Of a stretch of DNA of 64,000 nucleotides, positions 62,200 to 64,000 are shown in pieces. Origin of the DNA: Anolis carolinensis (Eukaryota); contig NW_026943825.1 of assembly GCF_035594765.1 (NCBI RefSeq), forward strand, positions 16,980,590 through 17,044,589. The letters run 5' to 3'. Every line of letters begins with the position of its first letter. The first letter of the stretch is position 1. The position numbers and the translations under genes are program-made. The notes under the pieces are model-generated. The model saw nothing but the letters and a program-made list of their open reading frames with translations, was not told the DNA's origin and did no database searches.

Positions 62200-64000
62200 T
62201 ATACTCATCATATACTGTATACACATATAATATTGATAATATTCCGATGTAATACAATAGAATAATAATAATAATACGGTATTATAATTATATATTTATA
62301 TTACATGTAATATTACTAATAATATTGCAATATAGTCCTATAGTACAATATAATAATATATAATGCTTACATTGTGCTGTACTAATATTATAATGTATAT
62401 ACATATAATATTGATAATAATATTCCGATGCAATACAATTTAATAATAATAATACACTTTTATAATTGTATAATTTTATTAAATGTAATATTACTAATAA
62501 TATTGCAATATAGTACAATATAATAATATATAATGCTTATATTGTGCTGTACTAATATTATAATGTATATGCATATAATATAATACTGATAATAATATTC
62601 CGATGTATTAAAATATAATAATAATAATACGCTATTATAATTGTATATACATATAATACTGATAATAATATTCCAATGCAATACAATTTAATAATAATAA
62701 TAATAATAATACACTATTATAATTGTATATTTTTATTACATGTAATATGAATAATAATATTGCAATATAGTCCTATAGTACAATATAATAATATATAATG
62801 CTTATATTGTGCTGTACTAATATTATAATGTATATACATATAATATTGATAATAATATTCCAATGCAATACAATGTAATAATAATAATAATACACTATTG
62901 TATATTTATATTACATGTAATATGACTAATAATATTGCAATATAGTCCTATAATACAAAATAATAATATATAATGCTTATATTGTGCTGTACTAATATAA
63001 TGTATATACTTATAATATAATACTGATAATAATATTCCTATGTATTACAATATAATAATAATACACTATTATGATTGTATATACATATAATACTGATAAT
63101 AATATTCCAATGCAATACAATTTAATAATAATAATGCACTATTATAATTGTATATTTTTATTACATGTAATATGACTAATAATATTGCAATATAGTCATT
63201 TAGTACAAATAATAATATATAATGCTTGTATTGTGCTGTACTAATATTATAATATATTGTGTATATATATATATATATATACTGATAATAATATTCTGAT
63301 GTAATACAATGTAATAATAATAATAATACACTATTGTATATTTAAATTGCATGTAATATTCCTAATAATATTGCAATATAGTCCTATAGTACAATATAAT
63401 AATATATAATGCTTATATTGTGCTGTACTAATATTATAATGTATATACATATAATATTGATAATAATATTCCGATGCAATACAATTTAATAATAATAATA
63501 TACTTTTATAATTGTATAATTTTATTACATGTAATATTACTAATAATATTGCAATATAGTACAATATAATAATATATAATGCTTATATTGTGCTGTACTA
63601 ATATTATAATGTATATACATATAATATAATACTGATAATAATATTCCAATGCAATACAATTTAATAATAATAATAATACACTGTTATAATTGTATATTTT
63701 TATTACATGTAATATGACTAATAATATTGCAATATAGTCCTATAGTACAATATAATAATATATAATGCTTTTTTGTGCTGTACTAATATTATAATGTATA
63801 TACATATAATACTGATAATAATATTCCAATGCAATACAATGTAATAATAATAATAATACACTATTGTATATTTATATTACATGTAATATGACTAATAATA
63901 TTGCAATATAGTCAAATAGTACAATATAATAATATATAATGCTTATATTGTGCTGTACTATTATAATGTATAAAATACTGATAATAATATTCCAATGTAT
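62200..64000. repeat. AT-rich complex tandem repeat
   Basis: Recurring blocks TAATAATATTGCAATATAG, TGCTTATATTGTGCTGTACTA and GATAATAATATTCCAATGCAATAC; runs off the end of the window. Confidence 0.9.

Overview
Vertebrate genomic DNA, most likely a squamate (Anolis-like repeat content: Sauria-type SINEs, Helitron-N, TA-flanked MITEs, L2/RTE/Penelope pieces), with two assembly gaps (20451-20592, 40968-41125). All recognisable genes are on the + strand and spliced: exons 5-9 of a divergent CYP2-family P450 (115-4265), a complete 12-exon SLC2A11/GLUT11-like transporter (6733-16857), DDX51 (18586-27711, one gap) and three tandem theta-class GST paralogs (28671-30986, 32811-37060, 39628-45863). The last GSTT intron holds an intronless 3' fragment of EIF2A that is in frame with GSTT exon 4, while the native GSTT exon 5 is frameshifted. 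From about 48.4 kb to the end I recognise no coding exon, but the region is highly structured. It has a 6x176-bp array of a promoter module with a seventh dispersed copy, 12 same-strand TTACCTCA motifs, two copies of an ~800-bp foldback with a conserved TATA/CTAAC loop, and an ~11x65-bp NRF1/Sp1 array abutting a CpG-island first exon. Exon boundaries were read by eye and gene names rest on recalled family motifs; no database search was run.
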